A DNA stretch of 53,977 nt, taken from IMG/VR virus record IMGVR_UViG_3300017783_000004. One strand, given 5' to 3'. This DNA comes from an uncultured virus (IMG/VR IMGVR_UViG_3300017783_000004) (Duplodnaviria > Heunggongvirae > Uroviricota > Caudoviricetes). A model generated the notes under the pieces. It did not search any database. It worked only from the letters and a program-made list of their open reading frames with translations, and was not told where the DNA came from. Of this stretch, positions 1 to 9,076 are shown one piece after another (the stretch's first letter is position 1; each line of letters starts with the position of its first letter). The position numbers and the translations under genes were made by a program.

Positions 1-1350
1 CGAAGGCGTTCTATGTTGATAAGTGAAAGGATTTCTTCCACTAAATGGGTTTCTAGCAGAGTTTGGTTGTCTTGCCTGATAAGTGAACGGTTGTCTTGCA
101 CTAAATGGTTGTCTAGCACTATTCGGTTGTCTTGCCTGATATGTACTAGGTGACCTGTGATTATATGAACTAGGCGACCTATGGTCGTATGTAAATGGTT
201 GTCTTGCACTAAATGGGTTTCTAGCAGCGTTAGGTTGTCTTGCCTGATATGTACTAGGTGACCTATGTTGATATGTACTAGGCGACCTATGGTCATATGT
301 ATATGGTGACCTGTGATTATATGTAGTAGGTGACCTATGGTTGTAAGTAAACGGATTACGATATGTAAACGGTGACCTATGGTCATAGGTAAATGGTGAC
401 CTATGTTGATAAGTAAACGGACTTCTATAAGGCGACCTATGGTCATATGTACCAGGTTGTCTATTGTTGTAAGTACTAGGATTCTGGTAAATACTTGGCG
501 ACTGATGCTGATAACTACTAGGTTGTCTGTTCTGATAGGTACTCGGATTCTGGTAAATACTTGGCGACTGATGCTGATAAGTACTAGGTTGTCTGTTCTG
601 ATAGGTACTTGGATTCTGATAGATACTCGGTGACTGATGTTGATAAGTCAACGGACTTCTATGCTGATAAGTGAACGGACTTCTATAAGGCGACCTATGG
701 TCATATGTCAACGGACTTCTATGGTCATATGTAAACGGACTTCTATAAGGTGACCTATGGTCATATGTTAAAGGAGACCTGTGATTATAAGTAAACGGAT
801 TACGATATGTAAACGGTGACCTATGGTCATATGTAAATGGTGACCTATGTTGATAGATGAACGGACTTCTATAAGGAGACCTATGGTCATATGTATTAGG
901 TTGTCTATTACTATATGTAGAAGGTGACCTATGGTCATATGTAAATGGTGACCTATGTTGATATGTCAACGGACTTCTATGTTGATATGTCAACGGACTT
1001 CTATGATTATATGTAGAAGGATCCTGATATGTTCTAGGGTCTCTATATGTAGAAGGTGACCTATGTTGATATGTGCCAGGTTGTCTAGCATTTCTAATAT
1101 TAGGTTCTTGTTGTGACCTAATATTTGGTTCTTGTTGATTTCTAATATTAGGTTCTTGTGCATTTACTGGATTTTGATAAATCGCAGGTTGTCTTCTATC
1201 TCTAATATTAGGTTCTTGTGCATTAGCAATATAAGGATAAGGATTCTGTTTGTTTCTTATATTAGGTTCTTGTGCATTAGCAATATAAGGATAAGGATTC
1301 TGTCTGTTTCTTATATTGGGTTCTTGTGCGTTTGCGATATAAGGATAAGG
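1..1350 (-). repeat. Coding tandem repeats: mostly 24-bp (8 aa) units with 12/18-bp variants; higher-order 66-bp x3 (~480-650) and 54-bp x3 (~1200-1350)
   Basis: attctg block recurs at 481, 547 and 613; attaggttct recurs at 1207 and 1261; ggtgacctatg recurs many times. Confidence 0.9.
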
Positions 1351-1512
1351 TTGTTGAACACTCTGTTGTCCAGAAGCATTATTCCAACCGGTAGGCGTCT
1401 TTACATAAATCTGGTCTGCAGCTTTCCATGTGCCTGAGTCTGTTTTTACCCATGCACCTCGGGTTGCATTCCAACCGGTTGGTGTTTTTACCTTTTGTGA
1501 GCCTGTCGCCAT
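1..1512 (-). CDS. Pro-punctuated repeat fibre-associated protein (partial; runs off the window edge)
   Basis: Not in the ORF track because there is no stop in the window. Manual translation from ATG at 1512: MATGSQKVKTPTGWNATRGAWVKTDSGTWKAADQIYVKTPTGW, then NAQEPNIR-type and xTYQHRSP-type repeats in frame to base 1. Late-promoter-like AATAAATA upstream. Confidence 0.85.
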   Translation of the reverse strand, partial: MATGSQKVKTPTGWNATRGAWVKTDSGTWKAADQIYVKTPTGWNNASGQQSVQQPYPYIANAQEPNIRNRQNPYPYIANAQEPNIRNKQNPYPYIANAQEPNIRDRRQPAIYQNPVNAQEPNIRNQQEPNIRSQQEPNIRNARQPGTYQHRSPSTYRDPRTYQDPSTYNHRSPLTYQHRSPLTYQHRSPFTYDHRSPSTYSNRQPNTYDHRSPYRSPFIYQHRSPFTYDHRSPFTYRNPFTYNHRSPLTYDHRSPYRSPFTYDHRSPLTYDHRSPYRSPFTYQHRSPLTYQHQSPSIYQNPSTYQNRQPSTYQHQSPSIYQNPSTYQNRQPSSYQHQSPSIYQNPSTYNNRQPGTYDHRSPYRSPFTYQHRSPFTYDHRSPFTYRNPFTYNHRSPTTYNHRSPYTYDHRSPSTYQHRSPSTYQARQPNAARNPFSARQPFTYDHRSPSSYNHRSPSTYQARQPNSARQPFSARQPFTYQARQPNSARNPFSGRNPFTYQHRTPS

Positions 1513-1538
1513 ATTATATAGTCCTTAAAATACTATTC

Positions 1539-1546
1539 TATTTATT
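1539..1546 (-). promoter_or_regulatory. T4-type late promoter-like (AATAAATA)
   Basis: Variant of TATAAATA about 27 nt upstream of the ATG at 1512. Confidence 0.5.
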
Positions 1547-4199
1547 AAGAGTAAAGAACCCATAAATCGCCAACTGCGCCATCACTTCCGCCTGGTGCTG
1601 ATGTTGACTGATATATGTTTCTCGCTGTGCCACCACTGTTTGTTGCATTTGTAATTGTCAATGCGCCAGTGTTTACTGCACTTGGGGTAATCGTTAAATC
1701 ACCTGTTGATGCACCTGTAAATGTTCCTGTTCCGAATGTGACTGCATCAGCACTTTCATCCCAACCAATAAATACATTGGCATCACTTCCTCTTTCGATA
1801 ACAAAACCTGAATCGCCTGAAGCAGAACCACTATTACCTGTCCCTAACTCTATAAGTTGGTCTTCGATAGTTGTATTTGTTGCCGAATTGGTTACTGTTG
1901 AACCATTAACTGTTAAGTCGCCTGTGAGAACTAAGTTTCCAAATTGAACATTACTTGATGTTCCAACTGCCTGTCCAATAGAGATTGTTGCGGTTGCACC
2001 TTCTCCAGAACCACTTACTGAGACACCAGTTCCTTGACTTACACCTGCAATATAATTACCTGTTGTGTCTGTTCCAAGTGCGACTGAGTTAGCAGCGACT
2101 GTAGTAGAGATACTAACATCACCTAAATTGGTCATTGTAGCAGAACCTGTCACATCGCCTGTCAAGGATATTGTTGGGTCACTAACATTCAAATCAATTG
2201 TGCCATCTGCATCTTGATATGTTGCAGTAATACCACTTTCAGTATTACTTGAGAACATCGCCCCAGCGATATCTTGTACATTCTCTGTTGATAATTGAGT
2301 GTTAGTTGTTGTGACTGAACCACCCAATGCAACTGATTGACCATCAATTGTTATCGTACTATTAGCAAGTTTTGCGTTTGTAATTGAACCTGCAAGTTTG
2401 GATTGATTGATTGACCCTGCCAACATGGCATTAGTAATGTCGTTATCACCAATAACAAAGTCAAGATTACCATTTGTATCATCGTATGATACTGAGATAC
2501 CTGTTTCGGTACCATCTAACATACCACCAACAATGTCTTCGACTTGTTCTGTTGTTAATTGTGTATTTGTTGTAGTTATATTACCACCAAGTGATACTGC
2601 TGTACCATCAATAGTGATTGAAGAATTAGCAAGTTTTGCGTTTGTAATACCACCTGCAAGTTTGCCTTCATTGATAGACCCTGCCAACATGGCATTTGTG
2701 ACACCAAGTGCTTTTACTTGAACTGCATCTGAATCTAATTCGATTGAACTATCGTCAACCCCTACTGCAAGAACACCACTTGAGAATGAAAGACCATTAC
2801 CAGCGACTGAAGAAGACAATGCGATATCATTTGCGTTTGCAGTAATACCGTCTCCCCCAATAACATTAACTGTCACATCACCAGAAGTTCCCCCACCAGT
2901 CATACCAGTTCCAGCAACTACTGAAGAAATATCACCAGCATCGTTTGTGAAACTAATTACACCAGTTGAACTGTTGTATGATAAGTCACCACCAGCAGAT
3001 ATTAAACCTCTAACATGTGATGTTGATACTGCAAGGTCGATTGCACCATCGTTTGCATCGTCATAAGATGCAGTAAGACCTGTATGTGTACCATTGGTTG
3101 CAATTTGAGCACCAACTGTATCTTGTATATTCTCGTAAGGTACTCTAATCTCTAAACTTCCATTTGCATCGTCATATGTCATAGCGACATTGACACCAGA
3201 AGTTAGTAGAGCATCTACTCTATCGTCTACTCTTTCGTTTGTGAAGTATAGGTTACTTGAACCTTCTGTAATCTCGTCTGTATTATCTTTACCTGCAACT
3301 GAAGAGTCTACATATGCCTTGATTGATTGTTGCGTTGCAAGATGAGTATTACTATTAGAAGCCATATTGTCTTGGTCTAAGACAGCAGTACCCGAAACTG
3401 TTCCATTTAGAATTGGAGTCGTTATTGTTTTGTTTGTTAAGTTTTGTGCAGTAGTTAAATCTGCTGTTATCGAAGTATCGATTGTCACATCGTTTGCATT
3501 TGCGATAAGACCATTACCTGCAACAACATTTACAGTGACATCGCCACTTGTTCCGCCACCTGTTAGACCAGTTCCTGAGACTACACTTGTTATGTCTCCA
3601 GTTGGAACTGTTGCAACTTGAGCGTCAACATATGCTTTAACTGATTGCTGACTTGGAAGTTTAGTAGCACTATTACTAGACATATCATCTTCATCAACTA
3701 ATGCGTTTGTAATTCTTGCATCTGCTCTTGTATTTGTGAAGTATAAATTACTTGAACCTTCTGTAATCTCGTCTGTATTGTCTTTTGTTAAAATACTTGC
3801 ATCTACATATGCTTTAATTGATTGTTGAGTAGCGGCATGAGTTGCTGAGTTTGAAGACATGTCATCTTCATCTTTGAAGTTGACTGCAATATCGTCTGCA
3901 TTTACAGTAATACCTGTACCAGCACCAATGTTTAGTGTTGCATCACCTGAACTTGCAGTACCAGTTAAACCAGCACCAGCGTTCACACCTGTGATGTCAC
4001 CTTGTTGTCCGTTAATTGTTAGTGTGCCAGCAGCGTCATCATATGTTAATGAGATACCTGTTCCAGCAGTTAGTAGAGAATCAACTCTATCGTCAACTGC
4101 CTCGTTGACAGCGGCGCCAGTAATTAAACCAGCAGATGTTATGACCTCAGTAGTTCCTACTGTTAGACCATTTTTGATTATGAAATTTTTACTTGTCAT
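1545..4199 (-). CDS. Tail fibre-like structural protein (884 aa)
   Basis: G/S/T/D/N-rich. Repeated modules DEDDMSSNSAT..QQSxKAYVD, TDEITEGSSNLYFT, GDITxVxAGxGLTGG and ITNAKLANS. C-terminal AP..GDLW motif. Confidence 0.75.
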   Translation of the reverse strand: MTSKNFIIKNGLTVGTTEVITSAGLITGAAVNEAVDDRVDSLLTAGTGISLTYDDAAGTLTINGQQGDITGVNAGAGLTGTASSGDATLNIGAGTGITVNADDIAVNFKDEDDMSSNSATHAATQQSIKAYVDASILTKDNTDEITEGSSNLYFTNTRADARITNALVDEDDMSSNSATKLPSQQSVKAYVDAQVATVPTGDITSVVSGTGLTGGGTSGDVTVNVVAGNGLIANANDVTIDTSITADLTTAQNLTNKTITTPILNGTVSGTAVLDQDNMASNSNTHLATQQSIKAYVDSSVAGKDNTDEITEGSSNLYFTNERVDDRVDALLTSGVNVAMTYDDANGSLEIRVPYENIQDTVGAQIATNGTHTGLTASYDDANDGAIDLAVSTSHVRGLISAGGDLSYNSSTGVISFTNDAGDISSVVAGTGMTGGGTSGDVTVNVIGGDGITANANDIALSSSVAGNGLSFSSGVLAVGVDDSSIELDSDAVQVKALGVTNAMLAGSINEGKLAGGITNAKLANSSITIDGTAVSLGGNITTTNTQLTTEQVEDIVGGMLDGTETGISVSYDDTNGNLDFVIGDNDITNAMLAGSINQSKLAGSITNAKLANSTITIDGQSVALGGSVTTTNTQLSTENVQDIAGAMFSSNTESGITATYQDADGTIDLNVSDPTISLTGDVTGSATMTNLGDVSISTTVAANSVALGTDTTGNYIAGVSQGTGVSVSGSGEGATATISIGQAVGTSSNVQFGNLVLTGDLTVNGSTVTNSATNTTIEDQLIELGTGNSGSASGDSGFVIERGSDANVFIGWDESADAVTFGTGTFTGASTGDLTITPSAVNTGALTITNATNSGGTARNIYQSTSAPGGSDGAVGDLWVLYS

Positions 4200-4417
4200 T
4201 AGATAGTGCCTCCATCAATGGTGGCGTTAGATAGTCTCGTATCAAATGAAGAGTTGAATCTTGAAGTAGTCATATACAGGTTAGTTGAACCTTCTGTTAT
4301 ATCGTCTGAATCCACATTGGATAACGCACCTGGTACGATTTTTCCACTTGAATTTATGACTTCAGATGACCCTACTGATAACCCATACTCGATTACAAAT
4401 GTTTGTGTTGTTGCCAT
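4199..4417 (-). CDS. Small fibre-associated protein (72 aa)
   Basis: N-terminus is paralogous to that of the 884-aa gene (FxIxxGLxVGxxEVI); DITEGSTNLY motif; ends IDGGTI. Confidence 0.7.
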   Translation of the reverse strand: MATTQTFVIEYGLSVGSSEVINSSGKIVPGALSNVDSDDITEGSTNLYMTTSRFNSSFDTRLSNATIDGGTI

Positions 4418-4458
4418 TGCTTGTGTCCTTTTGTAAAAGTATTAGTAATTAATACTAT

Positions 4459-4466
4459 TATTTATA
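4459..4466 (-). promoter_or_regulatory. T4 late promoter TATAAATA
   Basis: Exact consensus, intergenic, upstream of 4417. Confidence 0.75.
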
Positions 4467-4526
4467 GATTGGTGTCGTTCTAAAGACCTCATTTTCCCTA
4501 ATAAAATTCAATTAGTTATAACTATT

Positions 4527-5345
4527 TTATACAGCGTGGTCTATTCGCTTAAAATTATAAACTGTGGAGTTTGTACTGGCAGAAGTGACTCTCAATCTGA
4601 GATTGCCCGAGTTGATATCTACTGAGAAACTTCCTAACTCACTAGATGTACCTTGTAGGACTGTACCAAACTGCGTTATACTTGCGTTAGTACCGTCGTG
4701 TATTACATGAACCTCTGTTATCTCATAATCACCACCAGTAGCGTCTGAGACTGTTATAGTATACTTTGCACCTCTATAACTTGCAATCGCCATTGTATCT
4801 AAATTTGTGATAGTAGTCGATGTTGTAGTCACTGTACCAGAAGTAAGTCCTGAACCAGCATCTTGAAAAGATAAAGTACCAGAACCATTAGTCATTAAGA
4901 CTTGGTTGTTAGAACCATCTGAAGTTGGATATAATAATCCACCTGCTGTTAGTGTTGAAGAAGTTAAATCTCCAAGTTTTAAATCAGCAAGTGCATAACC
5001 AGAACCACTAGTATTAACTGTAGTTCCTGGTTCTACCTCTAAACCATCGAATAATGTCCATGTAGAATCCGATGCATCTCTGAATAGACCTGTGTACTCA
5101 GATGCACCACCATCTGATAAACCATCGTTGTAGTTTCCGTAGAAACCAATATCGATTAGGTCTGAACTAGTATTTTGATTTGCGAACTCAAACATTGAGT
5201 CGCCAACAGATGTCGTTGTAGAATTGACTGTTAAAGTTGTCCCTGTAACCGTTAAGTCACCTGCAACTGTTAAATCGCCATCTACTTGGGTGTTTAGTTT
5301 TGACTGTACACCTAAATCTGCGAAAAATTTTACTTTCGATGCCAT
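4527..5345 (-). CDS. Fibre-associated virion structural protein (272 aa)
   Basis: GDLTVxGTT fibre motif, PTSDGxxxQVLxTNGSG motif, and a C-terminal AKY..HDG..QFG..GNLRL domain shared with its neighbours. Confidence 0.7.
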   Translation of the reverse strand: MASKVKFFADLGVQSKLNTQVDGDLTVAGDLTVTGTTLTVNSTTTSVGDSMFEFANQNTSSDLIDIGFYGNYNDGLSDGGASEYTGLFRDASDSTWTLFDGLEVEPGTTVNTSGSGYALADLKLGDLTSSTLTAGGLLYPTSDGSNNQVLMTNGSGTLSFQDAGSGLTSGTVTTTSTTITNLDTMAIASYRGAKYTITVSDATGGDYEITEVHVIHDGTNASITQFGTVLQGTSSELGSFSVDINSGNLRLRVTSASTNSTVYNFKRIDHAV

Positions 5346-5350
5346 GGTGT

Positions 5351-5358
5351 TATTTATG
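5351..5358 (-). promoter_or_regulatory. Late promoter-like CATAAATA, 5 nt from ATG
   Basis: CATAAATA-acacc-ATG. Confidence 0.6.
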
Positions 5359-5374
5359 TAATTTATCTACCGAC

Positions 5375-5405
5375 AAAAAAAAGGGGACTCTAAAGTCCCC
5401 CTTTT
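5375..5405 (-). terminator. Rho-independent terminator (possibly bidirectional)
   Basis: GGGGACT/AGTCCCC stem with T8 on the minus strand and T4 on the plus strand. Confidence 0.85.
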
Positions 5406-5423
5406 CATAATATATTACTGAAT

Positions 5424-5834
5424 TTAAGCTTCGACTGTAGTTCTGTTAAACTTAATAACCGTTGAGTTTGTACCCGCCGGTGTACATAGTAGTCTAACAT
5501 TGTCTCCATTAATGTCTGCATCAAATGTCGCTAAGTTAGTATCTTTAAGCGTTCCGTATTGTGTTAATGTCACGGTAGAACCGTCATGTACTAACATTAT
5601 CTCTGTTGAGTGGAAATTACTTCCCTCTGACATCGCCACGATATATCTCGCAGCTCTATAGGTAGCATGAGCAAAGTTATCAAGTGAGAATTCAGTAGTA
5701 GCAGTTTTAGTGATACCACCTGTTGTTGTATTCTCGTCTTGAATCTCTTTACCTGTTTCTATTCTATCTGTACTAGAGTTATAAGACATGTGACGGATGA
5801 ATTCAGCGAGTTTAAAACTTCTTGTTATAGCCAT
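5424..5834 (-). CDS. Virion structural protein (136 aa)
   Basis: Stand-alone copy of the ARY..HDG..QYG..DINGDNVRL domain. Confidence 0.7.
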   Translation of the reverse strand: MAITRSFKLAEFIRHMSYNSSTDRIETGKEIQDENTTTGGITKTATTEFSLDNFAHATYRAARYIVAMSEGSNFHSTEIMLVHDGSTVTLTQYGTLKDTNLATFDADINGDNVRLLCTPAGTNSTVIKFNRTTVEA

Positions 5835-5845
5835 TTTCTATCCCC

Positions 5846-6670
5846 CTATGATTGTCTTATTTGGAAAGTATTAACCGTTGTGTTGGTGTTAGCAGGTGTA
5901 CATAAGAGTCTCATGTTTCCTGAATTAACATCAGCTGTCAACGAAAATAATGAAGCAGTACTGAATATATCGCCATATTGAACGAAATATGCATTGGATC
6001 CATCATTGATTAATAATACTTCGGCTGAATGTGTTCCTGCACTCGCATGAGTGGCAGTAATAACATATTTAATACCTTTATTAGATACTGCATTACTTGA
6101 TAATACTTGATTAGCAGTAGTTGCACTAAAGACACTATTTGTATAGTATCCTTGTACTAAATTAGCAGCGGTAACTGCTACTACTTCTAATGTATCACCT
6201 GCAATTGCATTTTCTTCCAGTGTGATTGTTGTGGTGTTGGTTGCAGTATAATCTGCACCAGCATCAACTAACTTAACACCATTAAGGAATACTTGTTCTG
6301 AACCTACAGTATAAGACAATGCATTACTGTCATCATCGTTACCTGTAAATACAGTTTGGTTACCCGAAACGGTGTATTTGTAAATTGAAACACCTGAACC
6401 ACCTAAAGTTGCAAATGAAACTGTTCCTGAACCATTGGTTTGAAGAACTTGTCCATTTGAACCATCACTGGTTGGAAATGTTATAGCGTCATTAATCTGT
6501 AGAGATGTTGGGTTAGACCCAATCTCTACAACAGCAGCAGAACCATCATTCTTCTCGGTATAAAATCTACCGTGATAAGTATTGACAGCCAATTCCCCTA
6601 GTGATAAATCACCAGTACCAGGAACTGCGTTCTGAGTCGAACTTCTTTTAAACTGTATAACTGTTGCCAT
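5846..6670 (-). CDS. Fibre-associated structural protein (274 aa)
   Basis: N-terminal IQFKRS..L..GELA fibre-attachment-type motif, a VFLNG..DY small beta domain and the shared C-terminal domain. Confidence 0.7.
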   Translation of the reverse strand: MATVIQFKRSSTQNAVPGTGDLSLGELAVNTYHGRFYTEKNDGSAAVVEIGSNPTSLQINDAITFPTSDGSNGQVLQTNGSGTVSFATLGGSGVSIYKYTVSGNQTVFTGNDDDSNALSYTVGSEQVFLNGVKLVDAGADYTATNTTTITLEENAIAGDTLEVVAVTAANLVQGYYTNSVFSATTANQVLSSNAVSNKGIKYVITATHASAGTHSAEVLLINDGSNAYFVQYGDIFSTASLFSLTADVNSGNMRLLCTPANTNTTVNTFQIRQS

Positions 6671-6707
6671 TTCTATCTCCTATTGAAAGTGTGTTAAAGA
6701 ATATTAA

Positions 6708-8342
6708 TTAAAATGTTCCACCGTCAATAGCAGTAATGGTAACTGCACCACTTGATACTGTAAAGTTAGCACTAGCAAAACTAGCGATACCTTTATTAGA
6801 TGTCGTTGCATCTTCTCCAGTAATGGTTGCTGTACCACCTGAGTACGCTACATCCATACCTTCGCCAGCAGCGACAATTACAGAACCTAAGTTAGAAGCA
6901 GTTGATACTTCAGCAGCAATCGTAATTGCACCTGCACCATTAGTGATATCAATACCATCACCAGCAGTAAGAGTAGCAGCATCCATTAAACCTGAAGATG
7001 TGTCACCAATTAAGATTTGACCATCTGTAGGAGCTGAACCTGCATAACTGTCAATACTTCCACTCATACTTGCGTTAGCAAGAGTTAAGTTTCCGAATTT
7101 ACCTGCCATAGCAGTTCCAGAGAATACTGAAGAACTATCTGTTGCACTTGTTAGAGCGACAAAAGAACCATCTGTATCATCCATACCAAAGAAACCAATT
7201 TTAGCACCACCGGAGTTGTACTTAAATTTAATACCTCTGTCTAGGTTATCGTCTGAACTATCTGAACCAATTTCGAATACAGGGTCAGCGATATTTACTG
7301 TTGTTGAGTTTACTGTTGTTGTAGTACCATTAACTGCCAAGTTTCCTGTGACTGTTAAGTTACCAGATGTTGTTAAAGTTGCAGTTGTAATATCGTCTGA
7401 TATTAAGTTTCCTGAAACTGTTAAGTTATTTGCGACTGTCACATTGTTTGGAAGACCAACTGTTAAAGTTTGTCCTGACATTGATGTTTCAATCTCGTTT
7501 GCTGTACCAGCGATTGTTAGTGACTGAGAGTCTAAGTCTACTGCACCTGTTCCACTGTCACCAGCCATATCTAAGTCTGAAGCGGTTACACTACTGTCTA
7601 CATATGCTTTTACTGATTGTTGAGAAGGAACTTTAACTGCTGAGTTAGAAGCCATGTTGTCTTCGTCTACAAAGAAGTTAATCTTATCTAATGTCACATT
7701 ACTATCTAAGATAGCTGCAGTATCTACTGCATCATCTGCTAATTTAGCAGCGTTGATAGCGTTGTTTGCGATTGTCATAACACCTGTGTCGGCCATAGTG
7801 GCGTCACCAGACATTACATTGTCAATCCATTTTGATGTTCCTGTATCATATAATAACATCGCACCATCACCTGCGGATGTGATGTTTACATCACTACCAC
7901 CAGCAAGGGTTGAAGTTGTTGAAGCGAAAGAAAGATTTCCTGAACCATCTGTTGCTATAACTTGGTTAGCAGAACCGTCTGCGGTAGGCAGCGTGAAGGT
8001 TACTGAAGAACCAAGAGTATCTGCAGCTTTAAGACCAACGAAGTTTGTTCCGTTATCGGAATCTTCCATGATTTGTAAAGTTGCACCAGCAGTAGAACCA
8101 TTACCAACTTTAAAGTTAGCAGGTGTTGCTGAAGAACCAGCAAGCATATCAGTATAATACTTACCACCAATCGCATGGATTAGGGCTGTAGAATTATCTG
8201 AATCTACTGATTCGATGAATAGTTTAGCAGATGCACCAGAATTACTTCTATCTTGTACATACGCCAATTCACCTTCCGATAAATCTGATATCGCCGGAGC
8301 AGATGCGCCTGTACTTCTTTTGATTTGAATTACTGTTGCCAT
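6708..8342 (-). CDS. Tail fibre-like protein (544 aa)
   Basis: N-terminal IQIKRS..L.EGELA; DEDNMASNS..QQSVKAYVD; GNLTVTGNL; ends IDGGTF. Confidence 0.75.
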   Translation of the reverse strand: MATVIQIKRSTGASAPAISDLSEGELAYVQDRSNSGASAKLFIESVDSDNSTALIHAIGGKYYTDMLAGSSATPANFKVGNGSTAGATLQIMEDSDNGTNFVGLKAADTLGSSVTFTLPTADGSANQVIATDGSGNLSFASTTSTLAGGSDVNITSAGDGAMLLYDTGTSKWIDNVMSGDATMADTGVMTIANNAINAAKLADDAVDTAAILDSNVTLDKINFFVDEDNMASNSAVKVPSQQSVKAYVDSSVTASDLDMAGDSGTGAVDLDSQSLTIAGTANEIETSMSGQTLTVGLPNNVTVANNLTVSGNLISDDITTATLTTSGNLTVTGNLAVNGTTTTVNSTTVNIADPVFEIGSDSSDDNLDRGIKFKYNSGGAKIGFFGMDDTDGSFVALTSATDSSSVFSGTAMAGKFGNLTLANASMSGSIDSYAGSAPTDGQILIGDTSSGLMDAATLTAGDGIDITNGAGAITIAAEVSTASNLGSVIVAAGEGMDVAYSGGTATITGEDATTSNKGIASFASANFTVSSGAVTITAIDGGTF

Positions 8343-8480
8343 TTTTATTTTCCTATAAAAATTAAATTAATTGTTGTGACTCAGCACTCCTGAGTCGTGA
8401 ATACATAATATAAAACTGTCCTCTCACAATGAGGGTCGTTGTCTCACTGGTCGACAACCTTGATTTGTACTATTATTTAG
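8343..8480 (-). promoter_or_regulatory. Late-promoter-like CTAAATA (8474-8480) followed by a structured ~125-nt 5' leader
   Basis: Three hairpins: GTTGTC/GACAAC 8438-8458, CCTC/GAGG 8420-8434, GACTCAG/CTGAGTC 8378-8396. Confidence 0.55.
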
Positions 8481-8484
8481 TGTT

Positions 8485-8727
8485 TTAGAATGTTCCGCCG
8501 TCTATCGTAGTGGTGGTTGTCCACTTATCAGTTGACTGGTCATATGAGAGAAGACCATCATCTGTTTCAGATGCGTTTACATCTGCAAGTTCATTGATAG
8601 ATTTAGCAGATAAGTCTGTTGCACCGCCTGGGTTACCAACAGTCACTTGTTTTGCTCTTAGATTTGTTGTGTTAGATAATACGCCACCTATGGTAGCGAC
8701 TCTTGATACTACGCCTTTTATTGCCAT
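8485..8727 (-). CDS. Small fibre-associated protein (80 aa)
   Basis: LADVN..DGLL.YD...KW fibre repeat; ends IDGGTF. Confidence 0.7.
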   Translation of the reverse strand: MAIKGVVSRVATIGGVLSNTTNLRAKQVTVGNPGGATDLSAKSINELADVNASETDDGLLSYDQSTDKWTTTTTIDGGTF

Positions 8728-9059
8728 TATCTGGTTACTCCTGGTGTGACTATTGCTTGACCTTCTACAACTCTTGTTGTTATACCACCAGCACTTGTTA
8801 TGTTCATATCATACACATATCTTCCAGGTTCTAATGCTGATGTTTGAGTATCAGTCAAAGATAATGTCACTTTACCGGTAACATTCTCATTACTGGTAGT
8901 GAATGTGGCAGATATGGTTGAAGAACCATAGGTCTTTCTTATTTGTCCTGCTGATGTATAACCAGAGAGATTTAAAACCTGTCCTGTTGAATCGGAAACA
9001 TCTACAGCAACTTGAAAGTCTGTTCCCTGGTCGATAAATAAATTTGCGATTATAGCCAT
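8727..9059 (-). CDS. Conserved phage structural/adaptor protein, Ig-like (110 aa)
   Basis: NLFIDQGTDF..GRYVYD..TRVVEG..VTPGVT pattern typical of marine T4-like fibre regions. Confidence 0.7.
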   Translation of the reverse strand: MAIIANLFIDQGTDFQVAVDVSDSTGQVLNLSGYTSAGQIRKTYGSSTISATFTTSNENVTGKVTLSLTDTQTSALEPGRYVYDMNITSAGGITTRVVEGQAIVTPGVTR

Positions 9060-9064
9060 ATTAC

Positions 9065-9072
9065 TATTTAGT
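9065..9072 (-). promoter_or_regulatory. Late promoter-like ACTAAATA, 5 nt from ATG
   Basis: CTAAATA-gtaat-ATG. Confidence 0.55.
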
Positions 9073-9076
9073 CATC

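Noticed and set aside
1..1350. CRISPR-like array
   Set aside because: Units are multiples of 3, degenerate at codon third positions, lack unique spacers and lie in one open frame.
403..1437. Plus-strand ORFs 403-633 and 1132-1437 (also 9491-10249 and 9790-10131)
   Set aside because: Antisense or alternate-frame shadows of repetitive coding sequence, with no RBS or plausible composition.
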